DNA of 64,000 nt from Felis catus (Eukaryota): assembly GCF_018350175.1 (NCBI RefSeq), contig NC_058368.1:99574001-99638000 (forward strand), given 5' to 3'. Position 1 is the first letter of the stretch, and each line of letters begins with the position of its first letter. The position numbers were made by a program, and so were the translations under genes. This document shows, one piece after another, positions 39,417 to 52,870 of the stretch. The notes beneath the pieces were generated by a model that worked only from the letters and a program-made list of their open reading frames with translations, did not search any database and was not told the DNA's origin.

Positions 39417-39868
39417 CAATAGCCAAATTATGGAAAGAGCCTAAATGTCCATCAACTGACGAATGGATAAAGAAATTGTGGTTTATATACACAATGGAGT
39501 ACTACGTGACAATGAGAAAGAATGAAATATGGCCCTTTGTAGCAACATGGATGGAACTGGAGAGTGTGATGCTAAGTGAAATAAGCCATACAGAGAAAGA
39601 CAGATACCATATGGTTTCATTCTTATGTGGATCCTGAGAAACTTAACAGAAACCCATGGGGGAGGGGAAGGAAAAAAAGAAAAGAGGTTAGAGTGGAAGA
39701 GAGCCAAAGCATAAGAGACTGTTAAAAACTGAGAACAAACTGAGGGTTGATGGGGGGTGGGAGGGAGGGGAGGGTGGGTGATGGGTATTGAGGAGGGCAC
39801 CTTTTGGCATGAGCACTGGGTGTTGTATGGAAACCAATTTGACAATACACTTCATATATGGAAAAAAA
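39417..39868 (+). mobile_element. Young 5'-truncated felid L1
   Basis: Nearly identical to 63177-63628; perfect TSD ataacaattttgta. Confidence 0.96.
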
Positions 39869-42062
39869 TAACAATTTTGTATTTATCTTTTAGATCAGCT
39901 ATAAATACAATAAAATCAGTGCAGACAAATGCTGAAAAGGCCTTTTCTCCTCTCGTTCATTTCTTTTCTGGTAGTTGAGCAGAATGGATATAAGTGATCA
40001 GTTGCCTTTGATATTGAATTAGCCCTCTCATTCACCTATCATTCTTCTCTTTCTCTAGTTATTAAATTTTTGTCTTTAAAACTTCCAATTCTCTGCCTAC
40101 ATTACCCATCTGTAAGGCATACTGTCTATTGTTTTCCATTAGAGTCCTTAGCATATTAATACTAGTTTTTAATTCATAGTCTGATCAGTTCAACAGCCTG
40201 ATCCTGATGCTTGCTCTCTTAGCAGTGTTTACCTTTTACTGTGCCTTCTCCATTTTTGTTGCTGTTGTCGAAAGGTAGACATGATGCACTACATAAAAAG
40301 GAATTGTACTAGATAGGCTTTTAGTAATGCAGTCAGAATATGTGAGGAAGAGAGCATTCTATATTCCTATGATAAATCTCAGTCTTTGGGTAAACCTCTG
40401 TCCCAGGGCTGTGAATGTAACCATGGGGTTTCAGTGTCCACCCACTGTGGGTATGACAGGATGGCCAGAGGCAGATAGAGTCCTATGCCTTCCCCATGAG
40501 GCTCTGATAAAAAAAATTACTCCTAAGGGCAGGCCTTGCTAAGAAGAACAGAGTTTACTGGTATATTTCAAAATGATTGATTTTCCCCTCTCCCTGCTAG
40601 AGTCAAGAGGAGATTTTGCCCTCATGTTCTCTGTAAGAAGCTGATTAAGCTTCTGGAGGTAAAAACTCAAAGCCATATGCTTCCCCTCCTTCGGTGATTG
40701 GACCCCCTTGCTGTTTATCTCACTGGCTCATCACACACTAAGCTTCCAGAAATTTGTCAATTAGAGTTCAGGTCTTCGTACCGCTGTACGGGTTGCCACA
40801 TACATTTCCACCATGGGGTTCATGCTTTGGTAAGTTGTGAAAGTCTATATTCCCCTTTTTGTCCCACCAATTTGGGGAGGCTTCTTTGTTGCTATAGTAC
40901 TATATGAGTTCTTTATATAGTTTGGTTATTAACCCCTTATCAGGTATGTATTTCACCAATACTTTCCCCAGTTACTGGGCTGCTTTTATCTTTTGTTGAG
41001 GATTTGCTATGGTGTACAGAACTTTTTAGTTTGATGTATTTATCCACTTGTTAATTGAAAAAAAAATGTTTATTTCTGAAAGAGGAGAGAGAGAATCCAC
41101 TTATTTTTGATGTTGTTGCCTTTGTTTTCGGGTTCACAGCGAAAATATCATTGCCAGGACCTCTGAGGAGCAGCTGCCCACCTATGCTGTCCTCTAGGAC
41201 TACTGTTTCAGGTCTTACCCCCAAGTCTTGTATCCCTTTTGAATTGAAGTTTGCATATGGTGTAAGATAGTAGACCACCTCATTCTTTTCCATGTGACTG
41301 TCCAGTTTTCCCAAGACCATTTGTTAAAGACACTGTCCATTCCCCATTGTGTATTCTTACCTCCTTTCTCATAAATGAACTGGCCATAAATGTATGGGTT
41401 ATTTTTAAGCTCTGTTCTTTTGATCTGTGTGTCTATTTTTATGATGATAACATACTGTTTTGATTAGGGTATCTTTGTAATCTAGTTTGAAATCAAGGAG
41501 TGTGATGCCTCCAGCCTGGTTCTTTTTCAAGATTTTTTTGCCTATTTCACACCCCCTGTAATTCCGTACAAAGTTTAGGATTGTTTATTTCTGTGACAAG
41601 TGCCATTGGAATTTTGGTAGGGACTTCATTGCATCTCTGGATTGCTTTGGGTAATATGGACATTTTTACCATATTAAATCTTCTAATGCATAAGCACAAA
41701 AAATCTTTCCATTTACTTGTGGCATCTTTATTTCACCAGTGTCTTAGAGTTTTCATTATACATGTCTTTGACCTCCTTCATTAAATGTATTCATATATTT
41801 TATGCCTTGAGGGAGGTGCAAATGGGACTAATTTCTTTTCCTGATAGTGCATTATGAGAATAAAGAACAGATTTGTGTACATTGATTTTGTATCCTTCAA
41901 CTGCTGAATTTATCTGTTATTTCTAACAGTTTAGTGGAGTATCTTGAGTTTTATATATGTGGTATTACATCATATGCAAATAATTTTACTTCGTCCTTTC
42001 CAATGCCTTTGGATGCCTTTTATTTCTTCCTTGCTTAATTGTCATTGCTAAGACTTACCATA

Positions 42063-42738
42063 CAGGCATATCTCAGAGAGTTTAGTTTGAAACCCTTCAC
42101 AATAAAACAAATATCACCGTAAAGCTAGTCAAATGAACTTTTTAGTTTCCTAATGCATATACAAGTTAGGCTTACAATATACAGATGGCTATTAAATGTG
42201 CTGTAGCATTATGCCTAAAGAACAATGCATACCTTTGTTTAAAAAAAAAACAACAAAACATGTTAGGGGTGCCTGGGTGGCTCAGTCAGTTTAACATCTG
42301 ACTTTGGCTCAGATTATGGTCTTGTGGTTCGTGAGTTTGAGCCCCGAAGCAGTCTCTGTGCTGACAGCTCAGAGCCTGCTTTGGATTCTGTCTCTCCCTC
42401 TCTCTCTGCCCCTCCCTTGCTTGCACTCTGTCTCTCTCAAAAAATAAAACATAATTTTTTAATAATAATAAAAATACCTTTATGCTAAATAGTGTTAAGC
42501 TTAATCTGAACTTCCAGTAAGTCACTGTCACGGATCACAGATCATCATGCCAAAACGTAATAGAGTTTGAAGCATTGCAAGGATTACCAAAATATACAGA
42601 GAGAGAAAGCAAGCAAATGATGGTAGAAAAATGGCACTGAGAGATTGGCTCAGTGCAGCCTTGCCAGAAAACTTCAATTTGTAAAAAATGCACTATCTGT
42701 AAAGCATAAGCAAGTGCAATCACATTAGTTGTGCCTAT
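42063..42738 (-). mobile_element. Internally deleted Tigger1 derivative with nested CAN-SINE (42266-42465, +)
   Basis: Begins TA+caggcatatctcagaga (reverse complement of the Tigger1 3' end) and ends with a degenerate reverse-complemented 5' end (agtgcaat..gtgcct). Confidence 0.82.
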
Positions 42739-44555
42739 GTTGTACAGAAGTGGCAAGAGTGGGCATGTTTTTACCTTTCTGCTATTGATTATCAGGTTAA
42801 CTATATGTGTGTTATACCTGGCCTTTTTATGTTGGGATACATTCTTGCTATGCCTAATTGTGAAGTGCTTGTATCATGAACAACTGTTCCATATTGTCAA
42901 ATACTTTGTGTGTGTCTGTCGAGAGATCAAACAATGTAATGGATCATATTGGTTGGTTTGCAAATGCTGGGTCATCCTTGCATTCTAGAGATAAATCCCC
43001 CTTGATCATGGTGAATGATCCTTCACTACGCTGCTGAATTCTGTTTGCTAGCATTTTGTTGATTTTTTTTTTCTTTTATACTCATCAGGGATATTGGCCT
43101 GTAGTTTCCATTTCCAGTAGTGTGCTTTGCTGAAGTTGATACTGGGGCAAATCTGGCCTTGTAAAATGAGGTTGAAGTATTGCCTTCTCTTCACTTTCTT
43201 GGAAGAATTTCAGAAGGATCGGTGCTAATTCTTTAAATGTTTGCTGAATTTCATCCAAGAAGCCATTTCGTCCTGGACTTTTCTTCCTTGGGAGGGTTTT
43301 GATTGATTCGTTCTCTTACCAGTGATTGGTCTGTTCACATTTTTTTGTCTTTCTATTCATTTTTGGCATATTGTATGTGTCAGAGAATTTTTCCATTTGT
43401 CTAGGTTATCCAGTTTGTTTTATAGTTCATAATCATCTGTTACAATTGTATTTTTGTGGTATCACTTGTCTCCTTTATTTATAATTTGGTGATTTGGATA
43501 TTCTCATTTTTCCTTGGTATTCTAGCTAAAGGTTTGTTAATTTTATTTTTTTAAAGGACCAACTGTTAGTTTGGTTAATCTTTTCTACTGTTTTCCTTTT
43601 CTCTATTTCATTTAGAGCTGCTCTAATTTTTTTTAACCTTCCTTGTGCTTCCTTTGGGTTTGGTTTGTTACTCTTTTTTCTAGAATTCTTTCAGGGGTAG
43701 AGTTAGGTTATGGGGGGTATTCCTTCTTAATGGAGGCATTTTTGGCTCTAAACTTCCATCTTAGGAATGCTTTCGCTGCTTTCCCTAAGTTCTCATATGT
43801 CGCTCTTCCATTTTTTGGTGTCTAAGGAAACTTTATTTCCCCTTTATTTTCTTCTTTGATTCATTGGTTGCTTGGGAGAATCTTGTTTAATTTCCATGTA
43901 TTTGTGAATTTTCCAGTTTTCTTATTTATCAGTTTCTGGTTTCATACTATGGTCAGAGAAAACACTTTGTATGGTGTCAGTTTCTTGAATTTTCTAAGAC
44001 CTGTTTTGTGGCCTAAGATATGTTCTGCCCTAGAAAATGCATCTTGTGGACTTGAAAGGAAAGCATATTTGGTTGTCAGATTATGTAATCAGTTTTCACT
44101 ATCTAGAAGTTTGCTTTGTGCCACTGTATTTTTATGAGAGACCTACCTGTGTGCACCATCCAAAAGAAATACAAATAGACTTATCACTTTTATGAAATGG
44201 TCATTGCACCTTCACTTTATGCCATTTCTGCTTGCTAAAGATTTCTTATTTTAGGATAGTGGACAGGGGGGCGTTGGGAGCACAATGTGTTTCTGTTAGG
44301 TCCATTTGTTCTACAGTGTTGTTCAGTTCTCTTTGATTATTGATTCTCTATCTGGATGGTCTTTCTCCATTGTTCTAAGTGGGATGTTAAAGTCCCCTTC
44401 TATTACTGTATTGCCGTTTATTTCTCCTGTTCGCTCTGTTAGTTTTTGCCTTATAGATTTAGGTACGCTGATTTATGGGTGCGCAGGTATTTACAACTGT
44501 TATATCTTGGCTTGAACCTTTTATCATTATACAATGATACTCTTTTTTAAAAAAA

Positions 44556-44757
44556 CTTTTTAATGTTTATTCATTTTTGAGAGAAAGAGACAGAGCTTGA
44601 GCAGGGGAGGGGCAAAGAGAGAGGGAGACACAGAAGCTGAAGCGGGCTCCCATCTATCAGCACAGAGCCCAATGGTGGGGCTCAAACTCACGAGCTGTGA
44701 GATCATACCCTGAGCTCAAGTTGGATGCTTAATGAACTCAGCTACCCAGGCACTCCT
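44556..44757 (-). mobile_element. CAN-SINE
   Basis: Antisense SINEC; TSD tacaatgata(c/t)tctt. Confidence 0.93.
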
Positions 44758-47309
44758 ACAATGATATTCTTCATCTTTTTTAAAGTCTATTTTGTGTGAG
44801 TGTAACTATCCTTGCCTTTTTTTGTTGTTGCTTAAAATATCTTTTTCCCTCTCTTCACTCTCAGTTCCTGGGTATCATTAAGGCTAAAGTAAATTTCTTT
44901 TAGGCAGGATATCACTGGATGTTGTTTTCTTTTCCATTCACAGTCATTCTATCTTTGGTTGAAAATTTTGAAGTATTATTTTTTTGTAGATCCAATGTTC
45001 CTTTCTTTTTATCTGATGCCTTATTTTGTGTTTTGATGGCTTTTCACATCAGTATAGTTTATCATGTTCTTTGATAAAATTGCTACCGGGTTTTCCCTTG
45101 TGTGTATCAGGATGTATACATAAAATACCTTAAAATTATATCACTGTGCTAAAATGAGTAAAGTGATGTATACTTTGTCATCTCCTGCCCCTCATGTTTA
45201 AGATTACTAATGTTACAATTTACTTTTTTACATTGCATAACTAACAAGTTATTGTAATCATGTTTTTATTTTTACTACATTCATTTTTCACTTTAAGTTA
45301 GACTAGAAACTGAGTTGTACATCACCAAAGCATGTTAAACCTAACTTTGACTATATATTTACCATTACCAGGGAGTTTTATGCAACCTTCTTATGTTTTT
45401 ATGATGTTACTTATTTCTTCTCCAATCTCCTTAGGAGTTCTTTTATGGCAGGTCCCGTATTAAGTTTGGGAAAGTCTATTTCTCCTTTATTTCTGAACTA
45501 CAGCTTTACGGGGTATAGATTTCTTGCTTGACATATTTGAATATGTTATTCTATTCTCTCCTGGTCTGAAAAGTTGAAAAATCCAGTTCTTTGTGGGGGG
45601 GGTGGGGTCCCTTATTTGTTACTTCTTTTGCTGCTTTTTAAATTTTCTTGTTTTTGATTTTTGACAATATAATTAAATATGTCTCAGAATAGCCCTATTG
45701 ATTTCAACCTTTCAGCTATTTTAGACCTCATCCATCTGAATGTTTATTCCTCTCCCTACAAAGGTAAAGTTTTAAGCCACTATATATTTATATATTCAAA
45801 ACTTCTGTCCTTTCTCCTCTGGGATTTTCATAATGCAAATATTGTTTCTTTTCATTTTGTTACATAGGTCCCTCAGACTTTGTTCACTTTTTCTTTATTT
45901 TTACTTTTTGTTCTTCTGATTGGATAATTTCAAACAGCCTGGTTCTTCTGCAAGGTTATATTTACCTTTGAAATTCTCTCTTGAAATCTACAGTTCAGGC
46001 ACTGTATTTATTATTTCAACTCTGAGATTTCTGTAGTCTTGTTGTTTATGGTTTCTGTTCCTTTGTCAAACATCTTATATTCATGCAATTTTCCTAATTT
46101 CATTTTAGTTGTCTGTGTGTGTGTTGTTGTAGCTTGTAGGGTCCCTGGTTTGTGGTCTTATCTGACCCACACCCTATGTTTCATGACTGAACAGGGCCAC
46201 TGACTCTGCTCTGCAGACTGTCTGCCGTGCCTGCTCAGATCTTGGCTTGAGTGTTGCTGAATTATACAGCTTCCAGATGTTGTCACTAGCCCTCTGCTCA
46301 GAAGGGACTGGGGAGCCAGGGTCTACTGTGAGGGCTATGTTTTAATTCCATGTCTGGGCAAGACAGGGAGGGGCTTCTCAAGGGAACTCCCAACTTTCAC
46401 AAAGGAGTTTTATGGCATCAGGGCAGTAGCTACTCTCAGCTTCAAATGAGGCTGTGGATTAATTCCCCTTCCTAGACCCAGCAGGGGAACCCTCCTCCAC
46501 CCCTATTGGCTTTGTCATAGCTGTGATCAGCTCTACTTGCCCAACTCCCAGCAATGCTTTAGTATGTAACCTCCTTGTGTTCTTGCCAATCCTTCTAGAC
46601 AGACGGGGCCAGGAAATATTCTCCTTACAATTGTGGGGCTTTGATTTCCCTCTTGCCTGAGCACATAAGGTGTAGAGCTGGAAAAATTCCTTGTTTGAAT
46701 GCCCACATGGGCCAACCTTTATCACCTAGACTTGTTCTATCATTTTATGTTGAAGAGTCTACCCTGTTCTGTCCTTATCTGACTCTCTAGACTCTCCATA
46801 TGAAGTCTTTGTTTAACATCCATCACTACTTGTTTTCCAAAGGGTTTTAATTGACTTAGAAATAGGTCTTAACTTTTTAATAATATCCTTAGAATTATGT
46901 GCTTTGTGAAACTCCTAAGTAGTGCCACCATTTGTCCTGCAGATGAGCAGAACTGTTGGTTGGGACTGCTATTTTGGCTCTGCAGGTTTAAACTCCATCT
47001 GCCCGGATCTGAGTGGTGGTCATTGCAGGCCCCACCCCCTTCAGTGTCACAATCACCTTCCAAGTAGTGGAGCTCATAGATTCTCCCTCAGTCGGCATGG
47101 GGCAAGATCAGAGTCTTTGTTCCCCTAAATGACCCACAGCACTAGGGGGGGGGGCACAGGATGTCCCCCTCATGCTCTTTTTTTCAAGGGAAAGAACCAT
47201 AAGCTCAGGGGAAACCACTCATTGTGGTGCTATACCAGCCTTGTTGGAGGTGCAATGCAGTCAGTGTGTAGTGACTTCTCTTACTCTTCTAATGCACACG
47301 AGCCTCACA

Positions 47310-49880
47310 ACACTGATCAGGTATAAATGTCACTGGAAAAGGTAAATATGTACTAAAATTCAGAATAATTTAATGTTGTAGAGGTTGTGGTTTAAAGACC
47401 AAAGATGTAACTATAATTATTAGCTAAGGGATACACGAGATAAAAAGATGTAAAACGTGACATTAAAAATATAAATTATGGCCAGGGGAAGAAGAGTAAA
47501 AACGCAGAGCTTTAGAGTACATTTAAACTTCAGCTGTTACGGCCTTTAAAAAGACTGTTATAAATGTAAGTTGTTATAGGTAAGCCTCAGGTTAACCGTA
47601 AAGCAAAAACCTATAGTAGATGAACAAAAGATAAAGTACTCTAAGCATACACTACAGAAAATCATGAAATGACAAGAGAAGAGACAGAAGTACAAAGATA
47701 ACCAGAAAACAATTAGCAAAACAGCATTAAGTGCATGCCTATCCCTAATTTATTTTTTTAATGTTTATACGTTAATTTTAAGAGAATTCCAAGAAGGCTC
47801 CACATTATCAGCACAGAGCTGGACTGGAATGTCGATCTCACAAAGCGTGAGATCATGACTTGAGCCAAAAATCAAAGGAGGGACACTTAACTGAGTCACC
47901 CACACACCCCTCCATAATTACTTTGAAGAATTCAGTCTATTTATTTATATTTAATCAAAATACACAGGGTAGCTGAATGCTGCCCCGTGAGAGATTGACC
48001 TTAGATCAAAAGACCCACAGAGACAGAGAGAAGACCCAAAATGAGGCATGAAAGAAAAATCTTAAAAGTAATACCATAGAAATGCAAAAGATTCTAAGAG
48101 GCTACTACAAACAATTATATGACAACATAATGACCAGCCAAGAAGAAATGAATATGTAGATTGCATGTTTCTGGGAATTTAAATCACGAAAACAGGAAAG
48201 CTGAACAGGTTTTTAAGCAAGGAGATTAAATCAGTCACCAAAAACCTCCCAACAAACAAAAGTCCAGAGATAGATGGCTTCATTGGTGAATTATATCAAA
48301 TGCTAAAGAAAATACTAATCCCTCTCAAACTCTCCCCAAATTCCCAACTCATTTTATGATGCCAGCCTTAACCTGATATAAAATCCAAGCAGGGATGCCA
48401 CCAGAAAAATTCAGTCCAAATTCCTGATTAATATAGATGCAAAAATCCTGAATAAATGATAAGCAAACCAAATTCGAGAATGCATTAAAAGGCTTATAAA
48501 CCATCATCAAATGGGACTTATTCCAGGGATACAAAGATTACTCAACATCTGCCAATCAGTTGTCGTGACTGGTACACCATATTAACAACATGAAGGAGAA
48601 AATCATGTGATTATTCCAATAGATGCCAAAAAAGCATGGTACAGAATTCAACACAAATTTAGCACAAAAACTCTAAACAAAATGGGTAGAGAAAGGATGT
48701 ACCTCAACATAATACAGGCACAGTATAGGACAAGCTGATAGCTAACATGCTTCTCAATGGTGAAAAGCTGAAAACTTTTCCTCAAAAAATGAAGAATGAC
48801 ACAAGAAGTATGCCTATTGTCACAACACAGCTCCGGAAGTCCACCCAGAGCAATTAGGCAAGAAATATAGGAGACAGCAAAATTGGAAAGAAAGAAGTGT
48901 AGTGTCACCATGTGCAGACGACCTGGTATTACATCCATAAAACCTTAAAAACTCCACCAGAAATAGTGAACTTATTTATTAGTTCTAACAGTTAAATTGC
49001 ACGTTACACAATGTACAAAAACCTGTTACTTTTCTATACACCTATAATGTACTATCAGAGAAATTATTAAAACAGCCTCAGTTATAATTGCATCATAAAG
49101 AACAAAATACTAGGAATAAATTTAACCAAGGAAGTGAAAGACTTGTACAACCAAAGTTTTAAGATGCTGATGAAAGGAAATGAAGAAACAAATGATTGGA
49201 AAGATATTCTCTGTTCATGAATCAGAAGGCTTAATATTGTTAAAGTGTCCCTCCTACTCAAAGTCAGCTGTAGACTCAGCAATCCCCATCCAAATTCCAA
49301 ACAGAAATAAAAGAAAAATCCTAAAATTTGTACATAACTACAAAAGACCCCGAAAAGACAAAGTAATCTTGAGATAGAAGGACCAAGCTGTATAGATCAC
49401 ACTCTCCAATTTTAAATTATATTTAAAAACTGTAGTAATCAAAACAGACCCATAGAACAAGGGAAGAGACTCCAAAGCCCAGAAAAAATCCCATGCATTT
49501 ATACTCAATTAACTTAGGACACAGGAGGCAAGAATATACAATAGGAAAAGGACAGTCTCTTCAACAAGTGGTTGTGAAAAAAACTGGATAGCCACATGTA
49601 AAAGAAGAAAATTGGAATGCTTCCTAGTCCAAACAGGAAAAATCATCTCAAAATGGATGAAAGACTTGAATAGAAGACCTAAAGCACTATTACTCCTAAA
49701 CAACCACATACGCAGTCAACTCTTGGACACAGGTCTCAGCACTTGCACACAGGTCTCAGCAATGACTTCTTGGCTCCAATACCAAAAGCAAACCCTATGA
49801 AAGTATCAATAAATGAAGAGGACTACATTAACTAAAATACTTGTGCACTGCCAGAGGAATAAAGAATGATTAATCTAAAA
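47310..49880 (+). mobile_element. L1 fossil (inter-ORF region and ORF2)
   Basis: ORF2 motifs aaaacctcccaacaaacaaaagtccag; atagatgcaaaaatcctgaataaa; aggaataaatttaaccaaggaagtgaaagacttgtac. Confidence 0.9.
47750..47910 (-). mobile_element. CAN-SINE (degenerate)
   Basis: Antisense SINEC. Confidence 0.82.
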
Positions 49881-52368
49881 AAAAAAAAAAGTAACAAACC
49901 ATGTTCCCTTTAGGGATAAATGCAGGCACATGAAGTGCGCTGCGTACAATAAACACATTAATTGGAATATTGGAGTTGTTGGTGAGGATAGAAGATTAAG
50001 TAGGAGAGAGGCTCAGACTTCTAATAGTATTAAGGAAGTAACAATTTCTCATTTTTCCTTTTAGAACCTACCCACGTTTTAAAGATCTTCCACATTCAAC
50101 TAGTTTATAATGTAAGATTTAACTTTTGTTTTTATTAAATATTTCTGAGATAATCTACCTGTATATTCACACAGTAGAATCAAATCTGTACTGCATTGTA
50201 CATAGAGCCTAACAAACCTGTTTGAATTTTCAGTTTCCATGATTTTACTCCTGCTTTCCTAACCCATGTCCCTCTCCACGTAGATATTGTGAAAGAGTCT
50301 ATCTAATATTTGTTTGTAACACTTTTCTTCTGTAGGTTTTAAAAAACAACTGCATAAAGCAGTCATTATACAACTAAGTTGTGTGGCTCTAACACAAAAA
50401 GTGGTAATTCGTATGGCGGTAATATGACAGAAGAGAGGTAAGGACAGCGGCTTAATCAAGCCCAGTTTTCATATAATATTGGTATAAATTAGAATTAATC
50501 TGAATTTTGGTTGTTTTAAATTAAGATGCTAATTGTAATTCCCAGGAAAACCATTAAGAAAATAAGCCAAAATGCTTAATAGCAGTGACATCAGCATGAG
50601 ATGGCAGCATCAGTCATTCTTTTCTCTCCCTTTTTATTTGCGACTGAAGTAGTCCTTTGTAACCAAACAAAGGTGCCTCTGCACAGTAAACTGGAGAACT
50701 TAGATTTCCTCCTACCTGTGCTACAGGAAGTGGGTGGATGGGACTTTGATGGGGCTGCACATTCAAGGGAGTCGCTGAGACTGCCGCACTCCTAGTCATT
50801 GCAATTTGAGTAAAAGCAAAACTGGTGAGTGCAAAACAAGGTGAGCCTGCAAGACAAAAGCAAAATTTGTGGGTGTCCAGCTGGCCTGATGGGAAAACCA
50901 GGTATGTCACTGGAGTGCAATGTCAAGACAGATCTCAAGGAATCTGTACCCCTCCCAAGGCAGCACTGCAAACTGCTGCGCTTTTGCTGGTGGTGACCAC
51001 AGTCACCTATCTCATAGAGGAGGTGTAAAGGCAAACTGGTGAATGACTGGTTTATGGTGCACAAGCAATATGACTTCTAAGGAGGGTCCTCTGACTGGTG
51101 GGGAGAGAAAGGAAAGGAAAATGCACAACAAGAATAACAAAGACTTGAGAAGGAACATGCTCCCTGTTTCCAGCAAGAGTTCTACCCATGGAAATGTGGG
51201 AGGGTCCTCATACCACACAGTGGGCACCCACAAAGCTTCAGGTGTTCAACCCAAACTTCTCCTGCCAACCAGCTCTTTTTTAAAACACATGTTCAAGAAT
51301 GCAGCCCCAGAGGCAACTCAGATAAAGAGAAGCCAACAACTTGAGCTATAATGCCATCTTCTGCAAAATGAAAGAAGGGTTCTTAATGGCTAGTCTGATG
51401 AACTGTAACAAAGTCAACAACTAATACAGGTTTGTACTACTTAAAATGAGATGGCAGAGAAATATTCCATCAAACGCTATAAATGCCAGAATAATATGAT
51501 ATCATAAAAAATAATAATTCTCCCGGAACCGAAACCAAAAGCATGGAATATTTTGATCTAACTGATAAAGATTTCAAATAACTGTCATGTAGGCATTCAG
51601 TCAGCTACAAGAATACCCAGAAAGGCACTTGAGTGAACTCAGAACCAGACAAAATCTGGAGTTTATGAATTTAATGAATCAGATGAAGAATGCACTAGAA
51701 TGCCCAATTATGAAATTGGGCAGATCAGATCAAACAAATAATAAGCAATCTGGAAGGTAAGAATTTAGAAATGAGAGCACAAACTAAGATTTTTAAAGAA
51801 GTCAAGAAATCCTACAAGAGTTATCGGTATTGATGAGAAAATGCATATTTAAGAGTAATGTTTATACCAGAAAAAGAAGAAGCAAAGAAGGGAAGAGAGA
51901 GTGTATTTAGGGAAATAATAGCTGGGAATTGCCCAAACACTGGGAAAACAGTGGACATACCAGTTCATAAAGCTAACAGAAAACACTATTATTCAACGTA
52001 AAAAGACCTCCAAGATGTAATATAATGAAACTATGATCAATGATAAACATTTTTAATGCCAGCCAAGTGAAAAAGAAAGTAGCCTACCAGAGAACCCCCA
52101 GAACACTGAGTGGATTTCACAGCAGAAACGCAATAGGCCAGGAGAGAGGATAGTGACATATTCAGAGTATTGAAAGATGAAAATTGCCAGCCAAGATACT
52201 TTATCTGGCAAAGTTAACCTTCAGATATCCAAGGGTAAGTCTGTCCCAGACAAACCAAAAATGAAGGAGTTCACCACCACTAGACCTGCCTTGCAAGAAC
52301 TGCTGAAAACAGTTCCTCAAACTCAAATGAAATGACACAAATTACTACATAAAAGTCAGAGAAAAGTG

Positions 52369-52870
52369 CAGGTGGTGCCTCAATTATAGTGGTTGACTTC
52401 CAATTACTCAGTTGTACAGTGGTGTGAAAGCAGTACACATGCAGTAGAAACAGTACATTGAGTATTGAATTCTAGTCTCCTTCCGGTCTAGTATTTTGTG
52501 ATGTGATCATCTTTCATAATATTGGCAAGCCGCAGTGAGCGATAATTCTCAGTCAGCCATGCAGTCATGAAGGTAAACAACATACTTGCTTAAAACCACT
52601 CTATATCCACACAACCATTCGTTTTTCAACTTTCAGTAGAGTATTCAATAAATCACCTGAGATATTCAACACTTTACTCTCAAATAGACTTTGTGTTAGA
52701 TGACTTTGCCCAGATGGAGGCTAATATAACTATTCTCGGCATGTTGAATCTAAGCTAAATTGAGCTATGTCTGGTACGTTAGGTGTATTAAGTAAATCTC
52801 TTTTAGGATTTTTTCAACTTAAAGTGAGATTATGTCCCAATAACCCTGTTTTAAGTAGAGGAAGCTTTGT
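52369..52870 (-). mobile_element. Tigger-family MITE (MER6-like)
   Basis: TIR-like ends caggtggtgcctcaattata ... taagtagaggaagctttg+TA; internal gtattcaataaat..gagatattcaacacttta..tttgtgttagatgactttgccca. Confidence 0.7.

Larger units (their letters stand above)
40040..46510 (-). mobile_element. Nested older L1 fossils (5' piece 40040-40870; long ORF2-ORF1-5' UTR element 40880-46510)
   Basis: Continuous antisense L1 signatures (tccagttttcccaagaccatttgttaaaga; tgctgaattctgtttgctagcattttgttga). Confidence 0.85.
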
